A stretch of 64,000 nt of DNA from Octopus vulgaris. Lineage: Eukaryota. The notes under the pieces were generated by a model. The model saw only the letters and a program-made list of their open reading frames with translations, did not search any database and was not told the origin of the DNA. This document shows positions 1-14,613 of the stretch, piece by piece. Every line of letters starts with the position of its first letter. The first letter of the stretch is position 1. The position numbers and the translations under genes were made by a program. The DNA lies in NCBI GenBank assembly GCA_951406725.2, contig OX597831.1, positions 62,868,001-62,932,000 of the forward strand, in the 5' to 3' direction.

Positions 1-361
1 CCACAAACTGATATATATATCATTATTCAGCATCTAGTATCGACCTTTTGTTCCCACGTTCACTGTAGCAGTGTACTACTTATGTAGTCACCTCACTATT
101 AAAATATTCTTAATTCTGTTGAACCGACATACTGCTTCGCATTAATCTTCCAATTATGCCAGCTTTCGTCGAACATTCATTGAATCAATTGTTCCAGGGT
201 GGCATGTTTTATTTTCCCGTACCCCCAGTCAGGCGACTTCAACTTTCCAAACGCCCAAACGTCTCATTTTAAATATAAATCGCATGTTTAAAAAATAGAT
301 GAATGTTACTGAATGTTAACTGGACATATTCTGAGCTGTAGCTTCTAATTTTATACCACTA

Positions 362-1060
362 TTGAGTCGATATTTTTCTCTCCCAATGTCGATTAACTTT
401 GGTATGTCCCAAGGTTCAGTTTTGTCCCCCATTGTTTCATTTATATTCTACATCATTATCCTATGTACCTTCTTGGAGAAAACTATCCCGTCTTACGTTG
501 ATGATACGATTCTTTCTTTTTCTCAGCATCTACCCAATCATGCATAGCTCATATGCAATGTATCACTGAACATCAGACCTGCACTGATTCCATAAAGAAA
601 GTCCTCTTATGCATGACCAGATATGGCCCTGAGAACATTGTAATGCATGCATACTCACCCATACACACCTACACAGCTATAACCCGCCAAACACAACTAA
701 TACTATAACTAGAGATAATCAAACACTAAATTTTGGGAATCATTATCATCAGCAACCTCTCCTAGCGAAGGTAAACACTTAACACAGCTAGGACCAAACC
801 CCCAAACGCTAGTTCTTCATAGTCAGAAATTATTTTAGTCCTCAACACCTGAAGTGAAGGTCTTACTGAATATTGCACCCATTTATGATACAGTGCTGCC
901 GCTAGAGAAACGTATATCCCAGACAACATCCAGAGAATGATCACTCAATAGATTGGCATCACAAACAGATAAGTTCCAATGCTAGAGTACAAGCATGCTA
1001 GCAGTCACCTCTCTTTGCATTTTCTATTGCTTATATAAGGATTCCTGTTCCTGAGATTTG
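362..1060 (+). pseudogene. Highly decayed LINE reverse-transcriptase fragment (CR1/L2/Jockey-type)
   Basis: ORF 362-547 has INFGMSQGSVLSP (cf. GVPQGSVLGP) and SYVDDT (cf. YADD). Downstream broken frames give LGIII-SNLS, EYCTHL and LCIFYCLY-like remnants typical of apurinic-endonuclease LINE RT C-termini. Boundaries approximate. Confidence 0.6.
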
Positions 1061-1973
1061 ACTGGTCTTGCATCTTCTCAAATTGTCTCATTTCGTCTCA
1101 TTTTGTTTAGAGTGTCAGAGATACGAATATAAAACAAGCGAGAGATTCAATAATACAAGCTTCGTCTCGGCTCCAGATTTTCAGTTATAAAGATAAGTAA
1201 GCAAATCGTTCCGGTTATACTGAAAACGCATGGTGCAGTGATTTCAAATACATTTAAAGCTAGGTTGATTGCTTCTGTTCAAGAGGTAAATTAGTCGAAA
1301 GTTCTTACAGGCCGAATTTTTCACAGTTTTAAAGGGACTATATACATATGTTAGATAATGAGAAATATCTACTCAATAACATAGCCATATATCTAAATGG
1401 AGTGTATTAGTAGCATGCATAGTTAAGTGCAAGCTAACATACTTCAGGATGTCGACCATAAATCAATTTACATTCAAAATGAAATCAAATCAGTAAATAA
1501 AAGACATGTTAACAAAATTTGTTATAAAAATATAAGCTGAGAGCTCTGAACATAAAATTGATTAACATTTAAATGAAGACATGGGGAGTGTGTGATCTTT
1601 TACAGGTATACGATCAACTTCACGCACGCTTCGGAGTTTTAGATTTCCCCAAACGATAGACTACCACGTCCTTTCTAGATCATAAAACAATATTTAGATA
1701 CTAACACCCATCATTACACACACGCGCACACACACACAGACACACACACATCCAAAGAATCATATCCGTGTACATGTAAATTTATTTACTGATTAGGTAA
1801 TTCAAAATAATGGGTTTGGAAAACTTCCCAAAAGTTCTTTCTACAGAATAAAATATATTAGAGTGTAGTGAGCTAAAACAACCTGTAATGAATGGAAATT
1901 AATTTATACCATAATCGGTTAACACTAGATGTGGACACTATGCAATTTTGAAAGAGGAAGAAACATTAGCCAG

Positions 1974-2298
<325 letters not shown>

Positions 2299-3084
2299 AT
2301 ATATATAATATATATATATATATATTGAGAGAGAGTGACAGGCAGGCAGAAAGATTGACAGATTCATTAACCGCGTCAAGATAAATATATCATCAGGTGT
2401 TTTATCCATGCCGTCACGCTTTGGGAAAAATGCACACTCATACATGTTCACACAGAATTAAAATGTACGCGAAAATGAACCTATATGCGACATCATTGTA
2501 TCAGAGCAAATTCTGCTCATCATTTTACCGAAGTCTCACTTCTTCATGCCAGACATAATATCTGTTCCACAATATTTCCATTTCTGTAGTAATCCTATCC
2601 GATTTAGATACGTTGTTTATTCATCGTATTACTTCAAAAACATTTCTTCAAAATTTTCATATTCTTCACAGAAGGTTTCTTATCAATATTAGAAAGTTTG
2701 ATATCTTCAGTGCTAATACAACTTTCCGTTTGTCTTGATATCAAAGAAATTGTGTTATCATATGCAGTCTAATACATTGTCATGTGAAATAATTTATATT
2801 TCAGTTATCTACTAAATTTAGTTTACTCTTAATATATTCCCAATTTACAAATATATGTTAAGCTCCATTTGTGTATTTTCAAGCTTAAAAGATTTGCATA
2901 TCGTTGGTGTACTTATACCGCCAAGATATGTGTAAACTGACTCAAACTACGCACGCATTTTTATATATGTAAACGTATATAAACATATGTGAGTGTGTAT
3001 GCGTGCGTGTCTGTATTTTTGCGTCTGTTTTCCCCCACCATCGCTTGACAAGCGATATTGAAGTGTTTACGTCCCCATAACTTA

Positions 3085-3120
<36 letters not shown>

Positions 3121-3132
3121 GGGTGTGTGTGT

Positions 3133-3174
<42 letters not shown>

Positions 3175-3175
3175 G

Positions 3176-3362
3176 ATAGATCGTTAGCCACAACACACAA
3201 TTTTTCTCTCCTTGTTTCTCTCCTTGTTTTCTGTGTCCCTTTCTGTAGAAGAGCGTAAGCTCGAAATGTATAAAGACGTCTTCTATTCCTGAGCGTTATA
3301 CTAATACATCTGTTTGTTTTGTACACCACCTGTCTTCGTCTTTTTGTTTCGTAAACTCTCCC
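3176..3362 (+). mobile_element. Related pLTR-like short element in (TA)n, degenerate hammerhead core
   Basis: ctgtaga-agagc-gtaa-gctc-gaaatgt, then ttcctgagcg...taatac shared with 2083-2298. Flanked by (TA)n on both sides. Confidence 0.5.
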
Positions 3363-3993
3363 TATATATATATATATAACGGTAAATGCGCGTATATATG
3401 CACATACACACGCACACACACATATGTGTGGTCTACTGTTCCTTTACCGGTGGATTCAGTAGAAAAGTACTACATCCAGTAAGTGATGAATATCATCTAA
3501 CGTACACACAATAAGAACTACAATTTTCTTCATGTCATAGAGACACGGTATTTCAATAGATTTCTATGATATGCATTGGGTCTCCAAGCAGTCTTTCTGG
3601 CCCACTGCACACGATCAATTTTATGTAAAATTCAGCACGCTTGTATATGAGGAAACACGAGAAAATTTGGAAAGTTTGATCTAAAAAGTAGAATTAGAAC
3701 ACAAAGGGTGAATATAAACGGAAAAAAAGAATGGAAAGATTAGAAAGAAACCAAGTGCTGTCTCCCCTTTATTAATCGAAAGCATAATTAATTTAGCTGG
3801 TGTAGGATAATCGAGCGGCTGAATCTGGAAAGGTTTGTAACCTCCAGTTTCACAAAAGAACATTATCCATGTGCTTGCATTTGCTGAGAATCTCGGATTT
3901 GAAACAAAGTAGCATGATGGAGTCCTTGGATCTAAAATTAATGCATGAATTTTTAGTTACGCATAGCATGTGTTTCTTTGATTTACTTACATA

Positions 3994-5267
3994 CGAGGGG
4001 CGTTCAATAAGTAATGCCCCTGACCCACTTCCCATAGCAGTAGAGCAATGAAATTTGGCACAGTTGTTAGTCTTTTTCTACACAGGAAACACCCAGAGTT
4101 ACGCATTTCTCCCATCGTTTGATGCAGCTCTGGAGACCGTTTTTGTAGAAGACCCCAGCTTGGTCCTCCAACCACGACGTGACTTCAGAAATCAAGGCTG
4201 CATCATCTGGGAAACGCTTTCCTTTCAAAAACAACTTCATGGCTGGGAAGAGGTGAAAATCAGAGGGTGCAAGGTCAGGAGAGTAGGGGGAGGGGGGAGG
4301 AGTTCATAGCCGCATGCCTGTGCTTCTGATCTGGTGAAACGCGAGTTGTGGACCGGAGCGTTGTCCTGCAGCAGGAGGATGCCTTTGTTGATCTTGCCTC
4401 GCCTCTTGATTTTGATAGCTTCTCTTAATTTCCTCAAACGTGAAGCATAATAGGCTCCTGTAATTGTGGCACCCTTTGCCAGGAAATCTGTCATCACTAC
4501 TCCGTCCTGGTCCCAGAAGACTGTGAGCATGACCTTACCAGCGGAGGGCTGCACCCTTGCCGTCTTTGGAGGAGGTGAGTCACGGTGCTTCCACTGCAAT
4601 GATTGGGCTTTGGTCTCTGGATCATAGTGATGGACCCAGGTTCCATCCTGTGTAATCAGACTTTTGAAAAATTTTGACTCATCTTCTTGGCACATCTCCA
4701 AATTCATCTTCGAGCACTCGACGCGTTCTTGCTTCTGGAAAGGTGTGAGCAACATGGGAATCCATTTGGCAGACACCTTTTGCATGTGCAGATGGTCATG
4801 AATGATAGTTTCCACAGACCCGGTATTAATCTTGACCTCATGGGCTATTTGGCGAATAGTTATGCGTCGATCTTCCAAAATGGCAGCCTCAAATTGACGG
4901 ACAGATGCCTCATTAATGGCAGAAGGGGGTGACCAGATCTGGGAGCTGTTTCCACAGAGTTCCGACCATGTTTGAATTCACTATGCAGGGTTCTACAAGG
5001 TCATATGATGGGCATCATCACCATAAGTTACTTTCATTTCATCAAAAGTCTTCCGTGGTGTGCGTCCTTTCAAATACAAAAACCGGATTACTGCTCGCCA
5101 CTCAACAGGCTCCATTTCACACTTGACTCAGTTCAAACACCTGTAAATCAGAAACCACAATGATTTCAGAGCTGTAATTTGCCACTTAATTTATAGAGAT
5201 ATAAATAATTGCACATGCAAAAATTTCAGCAAGTAGGTCAGAGGCATTACTTATTGAACGTCCCTCG
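3994..5267 (-). mobile_element. Full-length mariner (Tc1/mariner, DD34D-type) DNA transposon
   Basis: 32-bp TIRs at 3994-4025 and 5236-5267 (2 mismatches); TA target duplication at 3992-3993 and 5268-5269; 1274 bp; contains transposase. Confidence 0.95.
4067..5115 (-). pseudogene. Mariner transposase, frameshifted
   Basis: Starts MEPVEWRAVIRFL at 5115. ORF 4237-4878 has WIPMLL (WVPHEL-like), TQDGTW (D1) and LLQDNAPVH (D2). YSPDLAPSDFHLF (D3) is reached after a frameshift in a G/C run near 4290. Stop at 4067-4069. Confidence 0.9.
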
Positions 5268-7299
5268 TATGGTTCTCTATTCTCCACTTGATTGTATATG
5301 GGACTGGCCAACGTGTTTCACTGATGTTGGTATAAAGAGAGACAGAGAGAATAGATTGAAAATGAATGTGAACAAAATATAATTGCAGAAATTATAAAAT
5401 ACTTTTTTTATAGCCTTGTTTAGTGACTGGTTTAAATTAGTCGATCTAATTTAAATATAACGTCTGTATATTTTGTCTATTTCTAACAACTGATCATCAG
5501 ACACCTAAAGGAACTTATATGGATCATTGCTTTGGAGTAGAAACCGCCTCAACTAAATAACCACATTGAACTCTTAGTAACCATATTATATATATTATAT
5601 AACGTCCATGTATCAAACAAATTTTGTCTACGTTAGTTTGCTTCAAGATATAGATAAAGGACCAATGAAATGTTAATCACGCATAATTAATCCCTTTATT
5701 TCAGAAAGCCCTGCCTTACTGTTTGGCTACGCTAACTTCATCTGCAACTTGATGAAGACGACGTCCAGGAAACTGACTGCACATACGTCCATATCCCACA
5801 GCTTGATTACTAACAGTAAGCAGTAAATTGATTTAAGAGCTTGAAGGAGAGCAATTTGCCTGACAAATAGCATTGTTACTATAAATTAATGGAATGGTTA
5901 ACATTAATCTGAAAATACAGAAGCTAATTTAGAAACACGTTATCGTCCAAGTGCAATTAACCAGTGAATCCCTCGAATCATTTTCACTAGTGAAGGATAA
6001 TTAATTTGTCTTTCATCGCTATAACAGCTGCACTCTTCTTCTTAGAACATGTTATTTGTGAGCGATCATTTCCTTTAATCTGCACTATACTTCAGCTAGC
6101 TCTTCTTCATCTTTGTTACGTATTGACATTAATATTCTATTAACAAACCGTTATCACTGCAGTCAACTCTAACCTGTTTTACCAAACTGCATTATCTCGC
6201 TTCTCTTTAAATACGTTATTTCCATTGGATCTTTACTTGACCACACTTTCATTCCTCTAATCCTAATTCTACCATTATATTTCCAACGAATATTTCCCTA
6301 CATCTCTTCGATACAAGCACGTTTCTTTTCTTCTGCGACGTACGTTTATGTTAGATTCCTCTCTCTCTCTCTCTCTCTTTCCTTCTCTGCCACGGTCTCT
6401 CCCTGTCTCTCCAGCAATCTATCAATTTATCACTTTCTCTCTATTAATCTAGTTCCCCTTTGTATCTTTCATTCTCGTATTTTCTTTCCTTCTCAATTAC
6501 TAATTTCATTCATTCACATTTCCTTTCCTATTGTTATCTTCCATATTCCTCTGTCTATCAGCTCGTTTCTACTACAAATTGATGCATCCGCTCTATAGTG
6601 TAACGAAATTATATTCGCTTATTCCTCTAACTCGCTCATGCTGCTACAATCAGACAAAGCGTCTAACTAGCTAATATAATCATGAGGAACGCACCAGCAG
6701 TTTGTTCAGTAATGTAGAAAATATTGAAGTTGCACAAAGTTTTACTTCGTCTAGAAAGTCAAACGGTGGCTGAGCACTAAACTGGACATTAGGGTTACGA
6801 GTTCTCCTATATGGGGGTCGATTAAACATCTCCATCGTTAAAAGCACAAAACAAATAGATATTAGTTAAAAATAAGCACAGCGAAATCATGTTTTATCCG
6901 TGTCTTCAGATCAAGATAAATATAATTCTCAGTTGGATATATATATACCCTCAAGTTTCAAAAAATCCTACGTTTCTGCAAGTACTTCTTGACTTTATAC
7001 GTGAATAAAAGATCATATGGGGTAATAAACTAAGTTTCCAAATTATTACTGCAATGTCTAATTCAAACGCTATAGTACGGCTTCAACTGAATTATATCAT
7101 ATGTATTCAATTATATAATACAGGATATATTGCATCATGTAATTCATATAAAATAATACACAATATGATTTTACCAAAGATTATCGATCGATACATGTAA
7201 TATAAATTCAATTATATGAACCAGTAAAATACATTGTTTGCTTCAGATAGACACACGTACACACACGAGTAAATATACACTTCCCCCATCTCTCTCTCT

Positions 7300-7330
<31 letters not shown>

Positions 7331-7358
7331 TATACATAGATACATGCATTCATACATA

Positions 7359-7423
<65 letters not shown>

Positions 7424-7466
7424 TCATACATATATATATATATAAATATATATATGTGTGTGTGTG

Positions 7467-7519
<53 letters not shown>

Positions 7520-7727
7520 ATATATATATATATGCATTACTCAGCTTCGCAGTACTGATAGTAATTGAAATAATACCACTTTTAATAAAAATAACAAACA
7601 TAGTAACTATAATAATTTTGGAAGCATATGAAAGACTACATGAATTATGGGAACAGCTATGTTCCAACTAAAAGAAAAAAAAAGAAAAAATCGGAAATTT
7701 AATTGAAAACATGAATACTGCTAATGC

Positions 7728-7780
7728 TAAATAATAATAATAATAATAATAGTAATAACTATAATAATAATAGTAATAAC

Positions 7781-7869
<89 letters not shown>

Positions 7870-8014
7870 TGATAATAATAATAATAATAATAATAATGAT
7901 GATAATAATAATAATAATGATAATAATAATAATAATAATAATAATGATGATAATAATAATAATAATGATAATAATAATAATAATAATGATAATAATAATA
8001 ATAATAATAATAAC

Positions 8015-8049
<35 letters not shown>

Positions 8050-8174
8050 TAATAATAATAATAATAATGATAATAATAACAATAATAATAATGATAATAA
8101 TAATAATAATGATGATAATAATAATAATAATAATAATAACAATAATAATAATGATAATAATAATAATAATAATG

Positions 8175-8208
<34 letters not shown>

Positions 8209-8378
8209 TGATAATAATAATAATGATAATAATAATAATAATAATAATAATAGCAATAATAATAATAATAATAATAATAGTAATAATAATAATGATAATA
8301 ATAATAATAATAATAATGATAATAATAATAATAATGATGATGATAATAATAATAATAATGATAATAATAATAATAATG

Positions 8379-8460
<82 letters not shown>
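7728..8460 (+). repeat. ~730-bp (TAA)n microsatellite with interspersed TGA/CAA/TAG variants
   Basis: Directly visible; source of the poly-N/I/Y/L ORFs. Confidence 0.98.
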
Positions 8461-9481
8461 GTATTTAAGGAAGCTGACAAATACAAACAAGAAATCATAC
8501 CACCTAATAAACACAAAGAAGAAGAAGAAGAAGAAGATGATGAAGAAACAACAAAAGCTATAAAACAAATGAAATCCAAACTAAAAATAAAACAGCAACG
8601 AGTCATGATAAAACGATGGCAAGAAAAACCCCTTCATGGTAAATACTGCACTAAACTAAACGCAAAAGAAATAGACAAAGAAAAATCCCAGCAATGGTTG
8701 AGAAGCTCAGGACTCAAAGCAGAAACAGAGGGATTTTTAATTGCAGCACAAGACCAAAGCCTCCCCACCAGAAATTACCAAAAACATGTAATGAAAAGAA
8801 ATATTACAAGTAACTGCAGAATATGTGGAGATGGACAAGAAACAATAAATCATATTATCTCTAGCTGCCCAGTCCTGGCTAAGAAGGAATATATTCACAG
8901 ACATGACAGAGTTGGAACCTACATACATTGGAAGCTATGCCAACATTATGGAATAACAACAGAAAAAAGATGGTATAGGCACACACCAGAAAAGGTCACA
9001 GAAAACGAGAAAGCAACCATACTCTGGGATATGCCGATACACACAGATAGAGAAATTAAGGCCAACAGACCAGATATAGTTGTCAGAGATCATGAAGGAA
9101 AAAATGCTTTCTAATTGATGTATCAATACCGGCAGATGACAACGTGTCTCTAAAAGAAATGGAGAAACTCTCAAAATACAAAGACCTGGAAATAGAGGTA
9201 ACTAGAATGTGGAACCTGAAAACAGAAACAATTCCTATCATAGTAGGTGCATTAGGCATGATAAAAAAATATTCAGACAAATACATAACAAAAACACCAG
9301 GACTTACAAACACATATAACATACAGAAAATTGCACTACTAGGCACTGCACACATCCTACGCAGAACACTTTCCATACAATAACCATCAGAGCATCACAA
9401 CAAATCACAGCACATACCCAAGGCACACAGAGCTGCGCTCGGTAGTGAAGTGAAAGCACGCTAATAAAAATAAAACTACTG
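8461..9481 (+). mobile_element. 5'-truncated RLE non-LTR retrotransposon (R4/Dong-like), family A
   Basis: KPLHG, CCHC knuckle CRIC...HIISSC, RHD, WD, RPDIV...DVS...KY restriction-like endonuclease; frameshift in an A-run near 9100; (TAA)n on both sides. Confidence 0.9.
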
Positions 9482-9626
9482 AATAATAATAATAATAATA
9501 ATAATAACTGCAGCAATTATGTTTGTAATAATAACCATAGTGATAATATTGATAACTATTCTATTAGTACTAATCATAAAATTTAAGGCAACATTAATGC
9601 TATAGGTATCCATAATAATAATTCTG

Positions 9627-9841
9627 GATTCAAATTTTGGTACAAACCCAGCAATTTCGGGGTGGATGTAAGTCGATTACATCGACTCCAGTGCTTAAGT
9701 GGTACCTATTTTATTGAGACGCCAAAAGGATGAAAAGCAAAGTCGAGCTCCGCGGAATTTGAACCCAGAACGTAAAGAAGGGCGTAATGTGGCTAAGCAT
9801 TTGTCTCTGAAGTGCTAATGATTCTGCCCGCTCTCCGCCTT
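9627..9841 (-). mobile_element. tRNA-derived SINE, type 1 (degenerate)
   Basis: Reverse complement has B-box-like gggttcaaattcc and the gcttttcatccttt...aataaaataggtacca core shared with 15852-16081. Confidence 0.75.
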
Positions 9842-11931
9842 GCTCTCTTTACTCTTTTACTTGTTTCAGTCATTTGAATACCTTACTTGGGAAGATTACA
9901 AACGCATAATTTTTCATGCAGCAACCTCAATCACATTGTTTACACGGGCGTGTTTGTTCACGAAACGTGGTAGTTTACAGTGATCTCTCCGAATTCTATA
10001 GAAAATCTAAAGAGATATCCTTAAAATGAAAGTAAAGCACTGTTAACACAGTAGGACACAGTACTGACTTAATAAAGGTAAAATATTATGGGAAAAAAGA
10101 TGGCGGAATATTGGTTCCTTACCAGCAATTAAATATAGGTACCATTTACGAGAAATGCGTTTAGTATCAAAAACTGGTCTATGCAGTTATGTATAGATTC
10201 TATGAGCTGCTGACGTGAGGACAATAATCTTTGAAATATGTATATACAGCCATTACCGCATTTTTCTGTCTTTGATTATTTTGTTTGCATAGAAGTATTT
10301 GTTTGCGGAATATTGTAACTTACAGTCTACATTCTATACAAAATCTATAGAGATAACCTTAAAATCCCTTAACACTTAAGAATGAAGAACCCTTCTCTAA
10401 TAGGATCGCTTACGCAATGTTCTCCTGTCGTCACGTCATCGTGATGGCAAATCTTTCTTACATTAACTTTTTGGTCCCAACAGACCTCGAGAAGTCCTTG
10501 TATTTCACTCTTTCCTGTCTGTTTTTTCCTTCCACTTTCTAACATGTGCCTCTGAACATCGCTTAAGTCTTCCTTTGCCACTTACGCACAGTTACGTTAC
10601 TGCGATAGCCAACCCACCTTTTTCTCCAGCTGTATATTCTTTCCTTTAGGTCAAGAAATATATCACACACAGCAGACACATCTACTTGCTCACCTTTCTT
10701 TTCTCACTCATTAGAAGTTCACCATTATTCTCCTACCTCACCGTAATTCTTATACTCGACGTGACTGGAACATTCTATAATGCTTTTCACTATACTTAGA
10801 AAGTGTTCCTTCGTATTTCTTATCCGTTCCCGTCTGATATCTCTCATTACTCAGCAATGAAGTCAGTCATTGTTAATAAGTTTTCTGCCAATACTGGACA
10901 GTTTTCACTCTTAGAAGTCTCGCGCCATTTTTCTTCTCCTCCCGCTGCTTTGGGACTTCGCGTTTCTCTTCGTTTTCTCCACCATTCATTTAACCACTCA
11001 ATATCTAGCAGTACTACCTACTGCTTAAACTTCCTGGCGTGTCACTAAAACGCCTACACTAATTTTCTCTTTTCTTCTCTCCATCTTATCTATCTGCCTC
11101 TATACCTCTCACTAGAATTTCTCCATTTCGTCTTTCTATTTAACTAGTTTTTCAATCCGATATATATTATAAACACTGTCTCTTTCATATATCCGTCTTC
11201 ATCTTCTAAAACGAATGCTGTCACTCTGCTGCATGGAGCTATCAAAATCCGTATTAGTTGATATTTTAATTTGCTTTATGTACACGTAAATTATTGCCTC
11301 AGTAATGTATTTGCTTGTATAATACGCATTGTAGTATCAAACATACATTGAAGATTTCAAACAACTATAAATATATGATATAATAACAGCATTAATTTGT
11401 TTAAGCTTTCATATACATACACTCCTTATTCCTATTATCACATACTTGTCTTCCATGGCCACTCAATCTCGATCGCTCTTCAAGGTGACATTTGTATCTC
11501 TGAACATATTCTTAATTCTTAGATTTACGATTATGCTTTAATGGCAACGATCTCACTGGGCAAAACGCAAAAGCGTGAAGCTACATGGTTTTGTGTTTAT
11601 GGCTTGCTAACTGCCTCAAACATTTTGTGCCGTAAATACAAAATTTTGAGGCCACCAATTTTCCTTCTGAGGCATAAGTCAAACAAAATCACAAAAACGT
11701 ACTCACACGTTCAAAGTTTAATACCTCTCATTGTTGTTGATTAACGTTTTGTGTATTGAAAATCGAAATTGGATTCATATTTTAAGAACATCACGATTCT
11801 AGATAAAAGAAAAGTATCTTTTCATATTATTGAGATTGTAGTGCATTGAAGTCAGCACTGTCTTCAAAAAGCCCACTAATAAAAACTTGAGCGGATTTGG
11901 TCGACGGAAAGTAAAGCTCATAGGATATATA

Positions 11932-13255
11932 CAGGAGAAATTAAGGCAATCGAAGTTCCAGGCTTTTATAACTATCAATAATTAACACCCAGCGATACAT
12001 TAGCAACATTCTAGAAGCTGAAATGCTTTCATTGGCAAATGAACACTTTGATAAGATATGAAACTTATACATCGTTATAAAAGCTTAGTGTGTTTCTTTT
12101 TGTTTCAGATTAAATAAATTCAGATTAATAAATTAGATAATGGGCATGGACCGAAATACAATAATAACCCTCCACAAAGGAGGTGAAAGCAATACATCTA
12201 TAGCAAAAAAGCTTAAAATTAACCGGAAAACAGTCTAGAAAATTGTCAAGAAATTTCAAGAGATAGGTTCCATTGCTGATCGTCCTGGCTTTGGCAAAAA
12301 GAAAAAAGAAATGTGCGGACCCTTCAGCTAATCAAAAATACCAGAGAAGAGACACAATGAATTCCTCGTGGTTCCGTCAGAAAACTGGCTGCCACAGCAA
12401 AGATAAGCTGAACATTGATTATCGAGAGTTGATGGAGGAACTAAGAATCCACCTCTACAAGATGATCCGCGTTCATGAGCTCACGCAAGTTTATAAGGCC
12501 ATGAGGCTAGAGAGAAATCGTCTTATTCTGCGTCAGATTGCTGAAGGCACGCATCCCAATCTGGGTTTCGCTGTTGACAAGAAATTTCACATCGAACAGA
12601 CAGCAAACCAGCAGAATGACCGACTTTGTATCTGGCTCCATCGAGAGTAGACACGTAAATTGACGTCACAATTCACAATCACTTATGGTTTGGTAGGATG
12701 TGAGAGCTACTGAAATGTCTCCCCTCGCTTTTGCACCCCTCGGTTGCTAAAATTAACACCCAGCGATACATTAGCGACATTCTGGAAGCTGAAATGCTCC
12801 CATGGGCAAATGAACACTTTCAAAGTACACCATGGAACCTACGACAGGACGACTCGACATCATCCCACAGCTTCAAGCTGCTGATTCGGAAAAACAATCC
12901 GTCTTTCATAGGAAAGGATGTATCGCCCACCAATAAGATCCGATCTCAACCGGCTGGATTTCTTTTCTTTGATCCATTTGGGAGACAAGTGTCTCGAGCA
13001 CCCCTCATGCTTAGCTCGACATTCTGAAGGTAAAAGTACAGCAGGAATGAGATTCAATTTCGCAAGAACTGCTGCGTGATGCGTGTGAAGCATTCACACC
13101 TAGACTTAAGGCAGTGATTCAAAACAGAAGTGGTCATATCAGATAAATGGGGTAATGTTTACCTCACGGTTGCATTGTAACGCTCGGACCCGAAATATAA
13201 CAATATTTTCTTTGGCAAAATTAGAAGTTCGTTGCTTTAATTTGGGGATATCTTG
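11932..13255 (+). mobile_element. Decayed Tc1/mariner element, maT/DD37D (Bmmar1-like) type
   Basis: Broken transposase: MGMDRNTIITLHKGG...KTV*KIVKKF (HTH), VDKKFHIEQTANQQNDRL (cf. DEKIFTIEQ..N.QNDR), WNLRQDDST-SH. Imperfect TIRs (aaattaaggcaatcgaagttc vs gaagttcgttgctttaattt) with TA at both ends. Confidence 0.75.
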
Positions 13256-13330
13256 TATATATTTACACACACAAACACACAAACACACACACACACAGAG
13301 ATACATATACATATATGTGTATATATACGT

Positions 13331-13446
13331 ACAAGTATGTGAAATTTACAGATTTTGTCATAGATTGAAAAGATAATGAACAACTTAATAAAGTTGTTCA
13401 TTATCTTTTCAATCTACGACAAAATCTGTCAATTTCACATACTTGT
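13331..13446. repeat. Near-perfect inverted repeat (56-bp arms, 4-nt loop)
   Basis: 13331-13386 pairs with 13391-13446 with 2 mismatches; flanking (CA/TA) and (TA/TG) runs extend the symmetry loosely. Confidence 0.95.
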
Positions 13447-14068
13447 GCATATATGTACATATATATGTATATGTATATTTATATGTATATATGTGTGTGT
13501 GTGCGGTTGTCAATACTCATTGGAGACTCATCGAAGGAATCTACATAACATGACCAATCCTAGAGAATGATGTTGGGAACTAATTTATAAATGCACCAAA
13601 TCTAGTACATCATAAAGTGTGATTTGCATACTATTAATATTTTACCCTTTATTTAAGAATCAGATTTCTGTTAACAGGATTCCCGGTTCACACAGAATGA
13701 AGGAGTCATATAGTAAGAGCAAATGTACTGAATAACATAGAGACATCAAACTTCTCTTATTCGTCTATATCTAAGAAAAAACAACAGATGTAGCCGTAAT
13801 CGATTTTCAACCTTTATTGGATCTTATCTGACATACCTAACTTACGTAGTCACTCCCAGTGAAAAAAGTAACCAACTCGTTTATATTATATACACATCAA
13901 ATCTCGTAACTCCATAGAACTGGAACAACTGTTCTGTTTAGTGTGTTTAGGTAATTATTTGATATCAAAGACAGGTCAATGGGAATTCAAGGCCACACAC
14001 TATTAAATTATAACATAATACACGCAAGCCTACGGAGACGGCACACTAAAATGTTATATTTCTCATGC

Positions 14069-14613
<545 letters not shown>

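Noticed and set aside
4237-4878. Host SETMAR-like gene
   Set aside because: Enclosed by TIRs and TA TSD, frameshifted, no SET domain.
7668-8606. Long poly-Y/N/L/I ORFs
   Set aside because: Translations of the (TAA)n microsatellite; the same applies to the YI/TH/CV/YLSI ORFs throughout.
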